Notes under the pieces: generated by a model
What the model saw: the letters and a program-made list of their open reading frames with translations, nothing else
The model's database searches: none
What the model was told of the DNA's origin: nothing
IMG/VR virus record: IMGVR_UViG_3300027782_000041
DNA length: 64,000 nucleotides
Source of the DNA: an uncultured virus (IMG/VR IMGVR_UViG_3300027782_000041)
Taxonomy: Duplodnaviria; Heunggongvirae; Uroviricota; Caudoviricetes
Strand: one strand, 5' to 3'
In this document: positions 12,101 to 19,198 of the stretch, one piece after another
Layout: each line of letters opens with the position of its first letter
Position numbering within the stretch: position 1 is the first letter of the stretch
Made by a program: the position numbers and the translations under genes

Positions 12101-13783
12101 ACTGTTGCCAATGGCCACTGCCAAATTGCCTTGCAGATAATTGCCAGCAAATTGTCCAACTGCCACTGCTGAGATACCTTGTGTGTAACCGCCTGAACGA
12201 TCACCAACTGCTACTGCCGAATTGCCTTGCAGATAATTGCCAGCGGCATTGCCAACGGCCACAGCATTGATACCTTGTGGGTTTTGTCCAGCACTTTGAC
12301 CAAATGTCACAGCGTTTCCAGCAGTATCTTTTATTATACTACTGTTTGTGAGTGTGATAACGCCAGTGCTGATGTTGCCGCCTGTGATGTTGCCGGTTGC
12401 TGAAATTACACCAGTTACGTATTCTCCAGTTGTGGCAAACACAGCCACGTTTGCAGTTCCGCCAACGCCAACAGAGACGTTGCCACCTGAACTGACTACG
12501 GTTACATTACTTGTACCATTGTTGATGTTTGATGAGCTTGTACTAACTCCGGTTAGCAAAGAACCATTACCAAGAATATAATTACCAGTGATGTTGCCAG
12601 TGGCTGATATCAGGCCACCTGTTAATAAATTTCCACCTGTGACGTTGCCTGCTGTGACTGTGCCTGTGGTTGATATTGTGTTTGAACCAAATGCAGCCAA
12701 GAATGTGGCCACTTCGGCGTTGCCATAACTTGCGGCAATACCTGTAAGTAATGAGCCGTTACCAACAAAATATCCCGCAGTCACGTTGCCGGTAGTAACG
12801 ACTGGGTTTGTTCCCAGAGCTGCCAAGTTAGCTACAACATTAGCGTTGCCGTATGATGCTGGCAATCCTGTTAATTGACTACCATTACCAATCAAGTAGT
12901 TTGCTGTCACGTTACCAACAACACTCATTCCAGTTGAGGCAAAAGTATAAACGTTGGTTACGCCACCAATATTACCAACCACGTTGCCGTTGGCCACAGG
13001 AATATTAAATTGTGTTGTGCCGTTTATCAACTGACTTGCGGCACCAACGTTGCCGCTGGCAACAACGCCGGTAAGTCCAGCACCGTTACCACTAAAGATA
13101 CCATTGACCACAGTGATATTGCCAGTAGCAGTCAATGATCCAACGTTGCCGTTATAAGTTGGCAAGTATGCGGCCACATTTGAGTTGCCGTATGTTGCTG
13201 GCAAGCCTGTCAGTTGTGAACCATTGCCCAGGAAATATGAACCTGTGATGTTGCCTGACGCACTCACTGTGCTGGCTGTGATCGCTGTGTTACCTGACGC
13301 TCCGGCCAATACAGTTTGCCCGCCTGCTGGGTTTGTCATCACAATTGCAGTGGCGTTGGCGCTGATGGTGGCATTGCCTAAATAAATTGTGCTGTTACTG
13401 AGATATAGGTCTTTGAATCGTTGTGATGTAGTGCCTAGATCATAGGTTATATTGGCCGCAGGCACAATGTTAGCAGCCACAGTGATGTTATTGGATGCTA
13501 TCACTGCCACGTTGGCAGTACCAGCAACACCAATGGTTACATTACCACCACTGGTACCAATGGTCACATTTGACGTTCCGTTGTTGATGTTGGATGATGT
13601 GGTTGACACACCGGTCAGCAGCGCACCGTTACCAAGAATATAGGTACCTTGCACATTTCCCACCGCTGTGACGTTACCTACTCCAACAATATCGCTACTG
13701 GTCAGTGATAAATTATCGCCAGCGGCCAATTCTTGTATCTGGCCTGAGCCTGAGTTAATAATTAACGGAATTCTATTTGCCAT
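6179..13783 (-). CDS. Giant repetitive tail fibre/appendage protein (2534 aa)
   Basis: Dozens of ATGNITGGN repeats, recurring GNG(S/A)xLTG...INNGTSNV junction motifs, and a 16-aa AVAVG repeat block. TAAATA motif upstream at 13803-13808. Confidence 0.8.
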   Translation of the reverse strand: MANRIPLIINSGSGQIQELAAGDNLSLTSSDIVGVGNVTAVGNVQGTYILGNGALLTGVSTTSSNINNGTSNVTIGTSGGNVTIGVAGTANVAVIASNNITVAANIVPAANITYDLGTTSQRFKDLYLSNSTIYLGNATISANATAIVMTNPAGGQTVLAGASGNTAITASTVSASGNITGSYFLGNGSQLTGLPATYGNSNVAAYLPTYNGNVGSLTATGNITVVNGIFSGNGAGLTGVVASGNVGAASQLINGTTQFNIPVANGNVVGNIGGVTNVYTFASTGMSVVGNVTANYLIGNGSQLTGLPASYGNANVVANLAALGTNPVVTTGNVTAGYFVGNGSLLTGIAASYGNAEVATFLAAFGSNTISTTGTVTAGNVTGGNLLTGGLISATGNITGNYILGNGSLLTGVSTSSSNINNGTSNVTVVSSGGNVSVGVGGTANVAVFATTGEYVTGVISATGNITGGNISTGVITLTNSSIIKDTAGNAVTFGQSAGQNPQGINAVAVGNAAGNYLQGNSAVAVGDRSGGYTQGISAVAVGQFAGNYLQGNLAVAIGNSAGLTGQGLAAVAIGAGAGATNQGNNSIIINATAANLEQTTANTFTVAPVRNDVANIGNVMFYNATSKEVTYGNTISVAGNVTGGNVTTAGIVSATGNITGGNITTAGVLKISGSSAYIDVAGTGFIQNAGMGEMQISTAANRPLIINTNAGAYGWNFGITGNLTLPNGGTISGTGNITAGNLSGTSIAGTLTTAAQTNITSIGTLTALAVTGNATSGNLTTAGLVSATGNITGGNIATGGLITATGNITTTANISGGNLSVSGAFAPATMTATGNVAGGNLTTTGTVSSAGNIITAGYFVGNFAGNITGNLVVPGSNTQVLFNNAGNAGAVAGMTFDTAGPNLFTVLGNIQGSNLRTAGLVSAAGNVIAGNVTTVGAVSATGNVSATGNVIGGNITTAGLISATGNITGGNILGGANVNATTHTGTTVSVTGNITGGNILGGANVNATTHTGATASLSGNVTGGNLLTGGLVSATGNITGGNLSGTNITGTLATAAQTNITSVGTLGTLAVTGNITGGNVNAAGLSLSGNVVSALVSAANITTTANITGGYILGNGALLTGVSTSSSNINNGTSNVTVVSSGGNVTVGVGGTANVAVFATTGQFVTGVISATGNITGGNILGGANVNATTHTGATVSVTGTITGGNLATGGTASATGNITGGNLNTGAQVIATGNVTGGNITTAGQVSATGNITGGNIVTSGSLGNITGANVITAVTLSATGNITGGNILGGANVNATLFTGTTISVTGNITGGNILGGANVNATTHTGTTAVLSGNVTGGNLLTAGLISATGTITGGNLSGTNITGTLATAAQTNITSVGTLGALTATGNITGGNLTTAGAVSALGVISATGNVIGGNVVSAGAISAIGAVTAAAMTATANITGGNLVTLGQISAAGNITGQYILGNGALLSGIAGGVPTKIINGTSEANIGVSGGNANISIGGTSNVAVFANTGVFVSGLQSTTGNVIAGNLVTGGIASVAGNVIAGTFVTSGAVVATGNVSGGNFATLGQVQATGNIDGGNFNTGGRVSAAGAVLATGNIYTAAGNIAGGNISTPGIISAGANVVGANFNTVGILVATGNVTGGNLFTGGLISATGNITGGNLITTGLLTVQGNVSGGNLVTTGTLQTANLSATGNAVINGSLTVNGNVTYMNVTTLAVQDPIISMGRGPNDTPLVADDGKSRGIDLFYYQSAQEKQAFIGWDDVAGKLFAAANVGIANEVVSVSQYGTFVVGTLEASNVSATFNVSAGNVISTGQISTTGNVVGANVNAGSISLSGNVISGLPVTGNITGGNLLTAGLISATGNITGGNIMGGANVNATTHTGTTASLSGNVTGGNIVTAGLVTAAGNIVGSNVNAGLNVFVGTNNTTRIEMTGDTTNPVIQANGSATAGLTFTSQGNGNVLFQRSGSVTEGINTGLKIEGYGNNYITIQSANNASAIIATKSLLNANVDLTLSPKGAGNVITGANLSVTGNITGGNLNGTSISGTLITAAQTNITSVGTLTSLAVTGNITSGNLSGTSIIGTLTTAAQTNITSVGTLTSLSATGNITGGNINSPNLVSTNNMFATGYASAVGNVTGGNVVSGGLITAAGNIVGGNITTGGLISATGTVVATANITGGNVISLGSVSAAGAMSAVGNITAPNFIGNLIGNLAAPGSNSQIIFNLLGSFSADSGLIYDYAANALTVGGAVATANGGNLSVSGSASVTGNVVTAATANVSTGNVLSSTAVIATGNVVGGNINTAGLISATGNITGGNILGGANVNATTHTGTTVSVTGNITGGNILGGANVNATTHTGTTVSVTGTITGGNLATGGTASATGNITGGNIVTAGLISATGNITGGNVLGGANVNATLFTGTTVSMVGNVTGGNVIGTTLVQGVTVSASGNVQGGNLRTTGLVSATGNITGGNVNAAGLSLSGNVVSALNMITNITTTGNITAGNVSATGNINIAGQLAATIADATALAIALG
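6681..6847. repeat. Exact 81-bp in-frame tandem duplication (27 aa, GNITGGNILGGANVNATTHTGTTVSVT) in the giant fibre gene
   Basis: 6681-6766 is identical to 6762-6847 by direct comparison. Confidence 0.85.
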
Positions 13784-13805
13784 TATTTTTTTCCAATATC
13801 TATAT

Positions 13806-14648
13806 TTATGTAGTAAACACTGTTATGTTTCCACTGCTTCTGGTGCCCACAAGAAAACTGTTGTTGCTGGCCAGGGCCACAGTGACTGGTGTGGTTCGTG
13901 TGCCTACTACCAATGTACGTGTGAACACAGTGTTACCAATGAAAATATTGCCCGTGGCTCGAAGATTGCCACCTGTGACATTGCCTACCGCAGTCAACCC
14001 AGAGGATGAGACCACAACTACATTTGATATTCCGCCAATGGACATGTTAGCATTGCCGCCCGAAGACCCAATGGTTATGTTGCTGGTTCCGTTAAAAATT
14101 GTGTTGGTATTGGTTTGAATACCTGTCAGCAGTGATCCATCACCCAGATAATAATTGCCTGCTGATACCGAAACATTGCCGGTGACAGATACGCCATTGG
14201 CTCTGAAAGTTGCTACATTGGCAGTACCATTTACACTGATTGTAACCGGGCCGTTGATGTCAGCAATTCGTACATTGCTGTTGGCATTGAGAATTTGGCT
14301 GCCGGCACTGACTGTGATTCCTGTCAGTCCTGCGCCATTGCCCTGAAAATAAGCCGCATATACTGTGTCGTATCTGTAGTTACTTGCGCCAAGATCAAAT
14401 ACTGCATCTGTAGAAGGGCGCACACTACTGTTGGTTACAACATTGCCAATTCCGTTACCTTGCAGGATCAAATTACCATTTGTACCGTTGATTGATATGG
14501 TATTATTGGCAATTACAACGTTGCTGTCAACAGGACCCGCGGCGTAGACTTCCGTAAAATTGTCATTTACGGCTTCAAATGCGGTGCGTAGTGCTTCTCC
14601 AGTGCCATCGTTGGCCACAGTGCCAACGTTGATGATCTGTTGTGTCAT
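13806..14648 (-). CDS. Fibre/baseplate protein with T4 gp9/gp10-like N-terminal attachment motif
   Basis: N-terminus QQIINVGTVANDGTGEALRTAFEAVNDNFTEVY matches the gp9/gp10-type 'INIG...DGTGD.LR.AF.KIN.NF' pattern. Confidence 0.7.
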   Translation of the reverse strand: MTQQIINVGTVANDGTGEALRTAFEAVNDNFTEVYAAGPVDSNVVIANNTISINGTNGNLILQGNGIGNVVTNSSVRPSTDAVFDLGASNYRYDTVYAAYFQGNGAGLTGITVSAGSQILNANSNVRIADINGPVTISVNGTANVATFRANGVSVTGNVSVSAGNYYLGDGSLLTGIQTNTNTIFNGTSNITIGSSGGNANMSIGGISNVVVVSSSGLTAVGNVTGGNLRATGNIFIGNTVFTRTLVVGTRTTPVTVALASNNSFLVGTRSSGNITVFTT

Positions 14649-14696
14649 AGGTAATCCGTTCCTCTGGAGTATTTACCAAAAGAACAGGATTACGCT

Positions 14697-16193
14697 TTAG
14701 CCGATTCGAGTGTAGGTGAGGTAGGATCCTGACGGCACTACCACGTTTGCAGCACTGGTTTGTGCTTGTACCGCCACGTTTGCATTGCCTGCACTGTAGA
14801 TTATGCCAGTAATTCTCACAGTTCTAGCTGTGGTTCCTGTCATGACCTGTGTGGTTCCTGTGCTGGCCGAAGTAGTAGATGTTGCCATGGCAAAACCTGC
14901 CACAGCAGTGGTCTGAGATTCTACTGTGTAACTACAGGTTCCTGCGTCAAAATAAGTGCTGAATGCTGTGGTTGTTCCTGCCGATGGCACCACTGGCATG
15001 TAGGCTTCAAACTTGTAGCTGGACCCTGCTAGTGCAAAGAATCCCAGAGAACCAACGTTGGCCATGACAGCAGAACTTATATTGGCTGCTACACTTTGCC
15101 AAACAACGTTTTCCACACCAATGCCTGTGCCAAACATGTTGCCAGTGACATTGGCATTGCCTAGTCTGGCTGTGGCTGCCAGCACCGATCCTGTGGCACT
15201 GACATTGCCCTGTGTTTCTAGTCCGCCACCTGAGTATATATTACCGGTGGCGCTGACCAGAGAATCACTGTTGATATTACCGCCACGAATATTACCCGTG
15301 GCCGAAATACCGCTGGCACTGCCACTGATCACTCCCACGCTAATGATGTTGCCGCCAGTGATGTTACCAGTGATTGAAGCGTAGCCTGTGGCTATGACAT
15401 TGGCCCCAGATACCAAGTTACCAGTGGCTGTTACCCTGCCTGCTGTGATTATGTTTCCACCTGTGATGTTGCCAATTACTTCTGTTGTGCCCGAAATATA
15501 ACTGTTGCCAGTCACAGCAAATGTGTGTAATGGGGCGAGGTTGGCTATACCCACGTTGCCAGTGGCACCCAACACAGCAATTCTAGTGGTTGAATTGGTT
15601 TGTAGCAAGATGTTGGCATTGCCGTTGACATCACTATAGACTGCTCGTAGTGCGGCTGTGGTTCTTGCGCCAAGTCCTGTGGCATCAGCAGTGACCCATT
15701 CCACTGAACCAATGTTGGCGCCCAGTGTTGTAACTGCGGTATTGGCATCTGTGAATCTAATAACTTGAGCAGTTGTTGCCCCAGATGTGTATGAAAGAAC
15801 AATGTTGCCGGTTGTGACGTTTACATTACCCCCAGTGACATTGCCAGTGGCACTTACTAGCCCTGCTGTGAGAACGTTGCCACCAATGATATTACCAGTC
15901 ACGCTGTAAGCACCAGTTAGGTTGAGTCCAGTTTGAGTGAATACTGCCACGTTGCTAACACCACCCACAGTGATGTTGGCATTTCCACTGGCAGTTTGAA
16001 TTTCAATAGACGTTGTGCCGTTGAACAACTTGTCACCCGAAATGTTACCGGTCAAGCTGGCATTGCCCGAAACACTTAGGTCGCCAGTGATAACAACATT
16101 GGCAACACCGGTGGTATTTTGAAATGTCACAGTGTTGGCCGCACCAATACTTTCAATAATGAGATTGCCAGCAACACGCTTGTAGATAGCCAT
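14697..16193 (-). CDS. Tail fibre-like structural protein (498 aa)
   Basis: Same GNxTGGN and FNGTTSI modules as the neighbouring fibres. TATAAATA upstream at 16211-16218. Confidence 0.65.
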   Translation of the reverse strand: MAIYKRVAGNLIIESIGAANTVTFQNTTGVANVVITGDLSVSGNASLTGNISGDKLFNGTTSIEIQTASGNANITVGGVSNVAVFTQTGLNLTGAYSVTGNIIGGNVLTAGLVSATGNVTGGNVNVTTGNIVLSYTSGATTAQVIRFTDANTAVTTLGANIGSVEWVTADATGLGARTTAALRAVYSDVNGNANILLQTNSTTRIAVLGATGNVGIANLAPLHTFAVTGNSYISGTTEVIGNITGGNIITAGRVTATGNLVSGANVIATGYASITGNITGGNIISVGVISGSASGISATGNIRGGNINSDSLVSATGNIYSGGGLETQGNVSATGSVLAATARLGNANVTGNMFGTGIGVENVVWQSVAANISSAVMANVGSLGFFALAGSSYKFEAYMPVVPSAGTTTAFSTYFDAGTCSYTVESQTTAVAGFAMATSTTSASTGTTQVMTGTTARTVRITGIIYSAGNANVAVQAQTSAANVVVPSGSYLTYTRIG

Positions 16194-16781
16194 TTAGAGT
16201 TCCTTTGTGTTATTTATACGGTTTTGAAAGTCTGCGACAGGCATGTGTGCCATGTTGGCTATGGACCGAAGATCTGACAGATCTGCTGTGGTGTCACCTA
16301 CCACACGAAAAAAACTAGCTTTGGGAAAATCCTTGGCTATTTGCTTGATTTGACGTACCCAATTGCCAGTAAATGTGGGATTGGCCGAACTCTTTTTGTA
16401 AAATTCTGTGTCGGCATAGATGTTGTTGAATCTGCCTGTGCGATTTGGTCCCATGTCAAATCCTATCAAATAAATTGCTCTTGCGCCATCCAGTGCTGCT
16501 TGCCCCACTGCTACCGGCCCAGAACTGTAGCCAAAATACTGCTGACTTATGCGCATTGAACCAGAATCTGGCAAGGGCTTGCGAGTATAATGGGTATGAG
16601 TTCGGCCATAGCCTTCGTGCTGAATGCGTTCGCTTATGGGCAAATCTGTGCTGATCAACACATCGGGTTCAAACTCTCGATAGATAGCATTACAGCCGTA
16701 CACACGCCCAAGCGTTTTTAGCAAGTTCAAATCAATTTGTTGACGGCTTATGCCGTTACCAAGTACAAAAGCTGGGCCCAT
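16194..16781 (-). CDS. Maf/CstII (DUF115-like) glycosyltransferase-fold protein
   Basis: AFVLGNGIS...YGCNAIY...YSSG..A...A...GARAIYLIGFD pattern recalls the Rossmann-type Maf/sialyltransferase family. Function is inferred. Confidence 0.5.
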   Translation of the reverse strand: MGPAFVLGNGISRQQIDLNLLKTLGRVYGCNAIYREFEPDVLISTDLPISERIQHEGYGRTHTHYTRKPLPDSGSMRISQQYFGYSSGPVAVGQAALDGARAIYLIGFDMGPNRTGRFNNIYADTEFYKKSSANPTFTGNWVRQIKQIAKDFPKASFFRVVGDTTADLSDLRSIANMAHMPVADFQNRINNTKEL

Positions 16782-16812
16782 AAAAAATCCTCCCAGTATG
16801 TAGCTGGGAGGA
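16782..16812 (-). terminator. Intrinsic terminator-like hairpin that also contains the SD of the downstream gene
   Basis: Minus strand TCCTCCCAG-CTACATA-CTGGGAGGA-TTTTTT-ATG: 9-bp stem, U6 tract, then directly the start codon at 16781. Confidence 0.7.
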
Positions 16813-16829
16813 CTTGGTTGCTTGATAAA

Positions 16830-17579
16830 TTAAGAAGTAACGTTCTGTATCAAAGCCACGTTGATAGTGGTTTGTGCAGTACCTGACTTGATAACCGAGC
16901 CTTCGTCAGTGAAGAAGTTGGCCACTTGACGTGTGTCAGCAACAACTTCAGCAGCAGTGAATCCATTTCCGCCCTCAAAGCCCAACAAGAATTTGTTGGA
17001 CAACTTGGAAATAAACACTTCAGATGAAGTATCATCAATGTAGCTGATGCTCATCAATCCCACTGTTGGTGTTGCAGAATTTGTCAAAATACACACACCT
17101 ACAGAGTTGGCAGTACCTGAACCTGCTCCGCCTACGGCATTGGCAGTAAACACAGTGCCTACACCAAAGTTACCGGGTGCACCAGCGGCTGTCCAGTTGG
17201 TGGTACCCACAGACACAATCATGTATGCTTGACCAACAACAAAACTTCCGTCGTTGACAGTGGTAACAGATCCCACTAGATATTTGCGAGAACCTTTTTG
17301 GCGGATGATATAGCCTTGTGCCACACCAATACCCGAGCCCGAAGGGTTGGCAATGTTCACAGTGACGTCAACACGTGGATTGGTTGCTGACGGTGTATCT
17401 GTAGGACCTGCACCGCCAACCACACCAAGATATTGAGTGCCGTCTAGAGTTTGAACTGGGCTGTTGAAGACCGGGTTTGTTAAACTATTAAAGTTAGGAA
17501 AAGCAATGTCGACACTAACGGCTGCGCCGCTGTTGCCTGATCCAGTTGATGATTTTTGTATTTTTAGAGGACGACCCAT
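16830..17579 (-). CDS. Virion structural protein (possible capsid decoration protein)
   Basis: 249 aa, MGRPLK start, Gly/Ser/Thr/Val-rich. Strong AAGGAG SD, own TAAATA motif, terminator downstream. Lies downstream of the capsid gene. Confidence 0.55.
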   Translation of the reverse strand: MGRPLKIQKSSTGSGNSGAAVSVDIAFPNFNSLTNPVFNSPVQTLDGTQYLGVVGGAGPTDTPSATNPRVDVTVNIANPSGSGIGVAQGYIIRQKGSRKYLVGSVTTVNDGSFVVGQAYMIVSVGTTNWTAAGAPGNFGVGTVFTANAVGGAGSGTANSVGVCILTNSATPTVGLMSISYIDDTSSEVFISKLSNKFLLGFEGGNGFTAAEVVADTRQVANFFTDEGSVIKSGTAQTTINVALIQNVTS

Positions 17580-17671
17580 GTTTTTTTCTCCTTAAAGAAG
17601 TCCGATGCGAGTTCTAGTCGCTACGCTGTGGGTTTTAGTCTCAGCATAAAACACCCTATTGTGTTGACAAG

Positions 17672-17715
17672 TATTTAGCGAAAATGTAAAATAGTACTCG
17701 CTAGGAGCGTAAATA
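17672..17715. promoter_or_regulatory. Back-to-back late-promoter-like TAAATA motifs
   Basis: TAAATA on minus at 17672-17677 (for the 17579 gene) and on plus at 17710-17715 (for the 17721 gene). T4 gp55 consensus is TATAAATA. Confidence 0.6.
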
Positions 17716-17720
17716 TCCTT

Positions 17721-18869
17721 ATGAATACTAATGAACTAATTGAAGCTGGTAACCAGCACAGAGCCGAAGGCAACCCTGAACAAGCATTACAATGTTATGC
17801 CATGGCATTTGTTCAAGATCCCGATTCAGCCGCGGCATTCAACAACTATGGCAATGTCGTGCGTGAATGTGGGCAACCAAAACGAGCTATACCGTTTCTA
17901 CAACATGCCACCCTGTTAGAACCAAACAATGTGACTGCACAGTTTAATTTGGCCGTGAGTTATTTGTTAAGCGGCGATTATCAGCGTGGTTGGCCTGCTT
18001 ATGAATCTCGATGGAACTATGAACATCTTGTTGGATCAGAGCCCAAATTTAGTCAACCTCGCTGGCGTGGCGAAGATCTCCGAGACAAGACTATTCTAGT
18101 AGTTGGCGAGCAAGGTCACGGTGACTGCATTCAGTTTGTGCGATTTGTTTACAATCTACACCTGATGGGTGCCCGGGTCAAACTGCAAGTCACAGACGGC
18201 TTGATTCCATTGTTGAACACCAGTGATATTGTGGAGCAAGTTGCAGGCTACAGTACCGACATGGGCGACTTTGATTACTGGGTTCCTATCATGAGTATTC
18301 CTGGCATCTTGGGTGTTACTTTAGATAACCTGCCCCGGATACAAAGTTACATGAACGCTAACCCTGTGCTGATGAAACAGTGGCAAGATCGACTGGGACA
18401 CAAATACAAAATGCGTGTGGGAATTTCCTGGAGTGGTCGTAGAGACGCCTGGCTCAATCAACACAAAGGTGTACCGTTTGATCAGGTACTGGCCATGATC
18501 CAGAGTCATCCTGAATATGAATGGATTAGCCTGCAAGTAGATGCCACACCAGATGAAGAACAGGCCCTAGCCGACGCTGGGCTTAGACTCTGGCCTGGTT
18601 CGATCAGCAGTTTTGCTGATACCGCCGCACTAATGATGCACCTAGACGTCATTGTCAGTGTGGATACCGCTATCACTCACTTGGCAGGTGCCCTGGGTCG
18701 GCCAGTATGGGTCATGCTCAATGCTTTTGCCACAGACTGGCGTTGGTTATTGGACAGAGATTCTAGTCCTTGGTATTCCAGTGCCAGGTTGTTTAGACAA
18801 CCCACAAGGGGAGATTGGACTAGTGTTACTGAAAAAATTGTAAAATATCTAGCCTGGTACAAAATCTAG
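17721..18869 (+). CDS. TPR-repeat glycosyltransferase (GT9-like C-terminal domain)
   Basis: N-terminal TPRs (AAAFNNYGNV, AQFNLAVSYLLSGDYQRGW). Motifs EQGHGDCIQFVRF, RVGISWSG, DVIVSVDTAITHLAGALGRPVW and WRW...SPWY. Confidence 0.85.
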   Translation: MNTNELIEAGNQHRAEGNPEQALQCYAMAFVQDPDSAAAFNNYGNVVRECGQPKRAIPFLQHATLLEPNNVTAQFNLAVSYLLSGDYQRGWPAYESRWNYEHLVGSEPKFSQPRWRGEDLRDKTILVVGEQGHGDCIQFVRFVYNLHLMGARVKLQVTDGLIPLLNTSDIVEQVAGYSTDMGDFDYWVPIMSIPGILGVTLDNLPRIQSYMNANPVLMKQWQDRLGHKYKMRVGISWSGRRDAWLNQHKGVPFDQVLAMIQSHPEYEWISLQVDATPDEEQALADAGLRLWPGSISSFADTAALMMHLDVIVSVDTAITHLAGALGRPVWVMLNAFATDWRWLLDRDSSPWYSSARLFRQPTRGDWTSVTEKIVKYLAWYKI

Positions 18870-18890
18870 ATCTCAAATCATTGTTAACTT

Positions 18891-19157
18891 TTAATTTAAA
18901 TCCGTCCAGGTGTTGGATATTCCGTTATAACCACGAAATTTACCTGTGGTAGTATTGTAATATATGAGTCCAGCTATACCGGTTGGATCATTTGACAGCC
19001 CAGTTAATAACATAGTGGATGTCGATGTTTTGTTAACTGCTGTAATATTTCCTGCATTGACAATGTTACTATTGCTCAAATTAAGGTTGTCTCCGGCAGG
19101 GATTTCTTCAATTTGACTGCTAGTGGGATTAATAATTAGTGGAAATCTATCAGTCAT
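18891..19157 (-). CDS. 88-aa mini-protein paralogous to the N-terminus of the giant fibre
   Basis: MTDRFPLIINPTSSQIEEIPAGDNLNLSNSNIVNAGNIT aligns without gaps to MANRIPLIINSGSGQIQELAAGDNLSLTSSDIVGVGNVT. Confidence 0.7.
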   Translation of the reverse strand: MTDRFPLIINPTSSQIEEIPAGDNLNLSNSNIVNAGNITAVNKTSTSTMLLTGLSNDPTGIAGLIYYNTTTGKFRGYNGISNTWTDLN

Positions 19158-19198
19158 CCCTTACTTATGTAAATTTTCACTGATTTTGACCCCAGAGT

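Noticed and set aside
683..15384. Numerous plus-strand ORFs rich in LPPV(M/T)LPV
   Set aside because: They are antisense shadows of the GNxTGGN fibre repeats, fully overlapping the long minus-strand genes.
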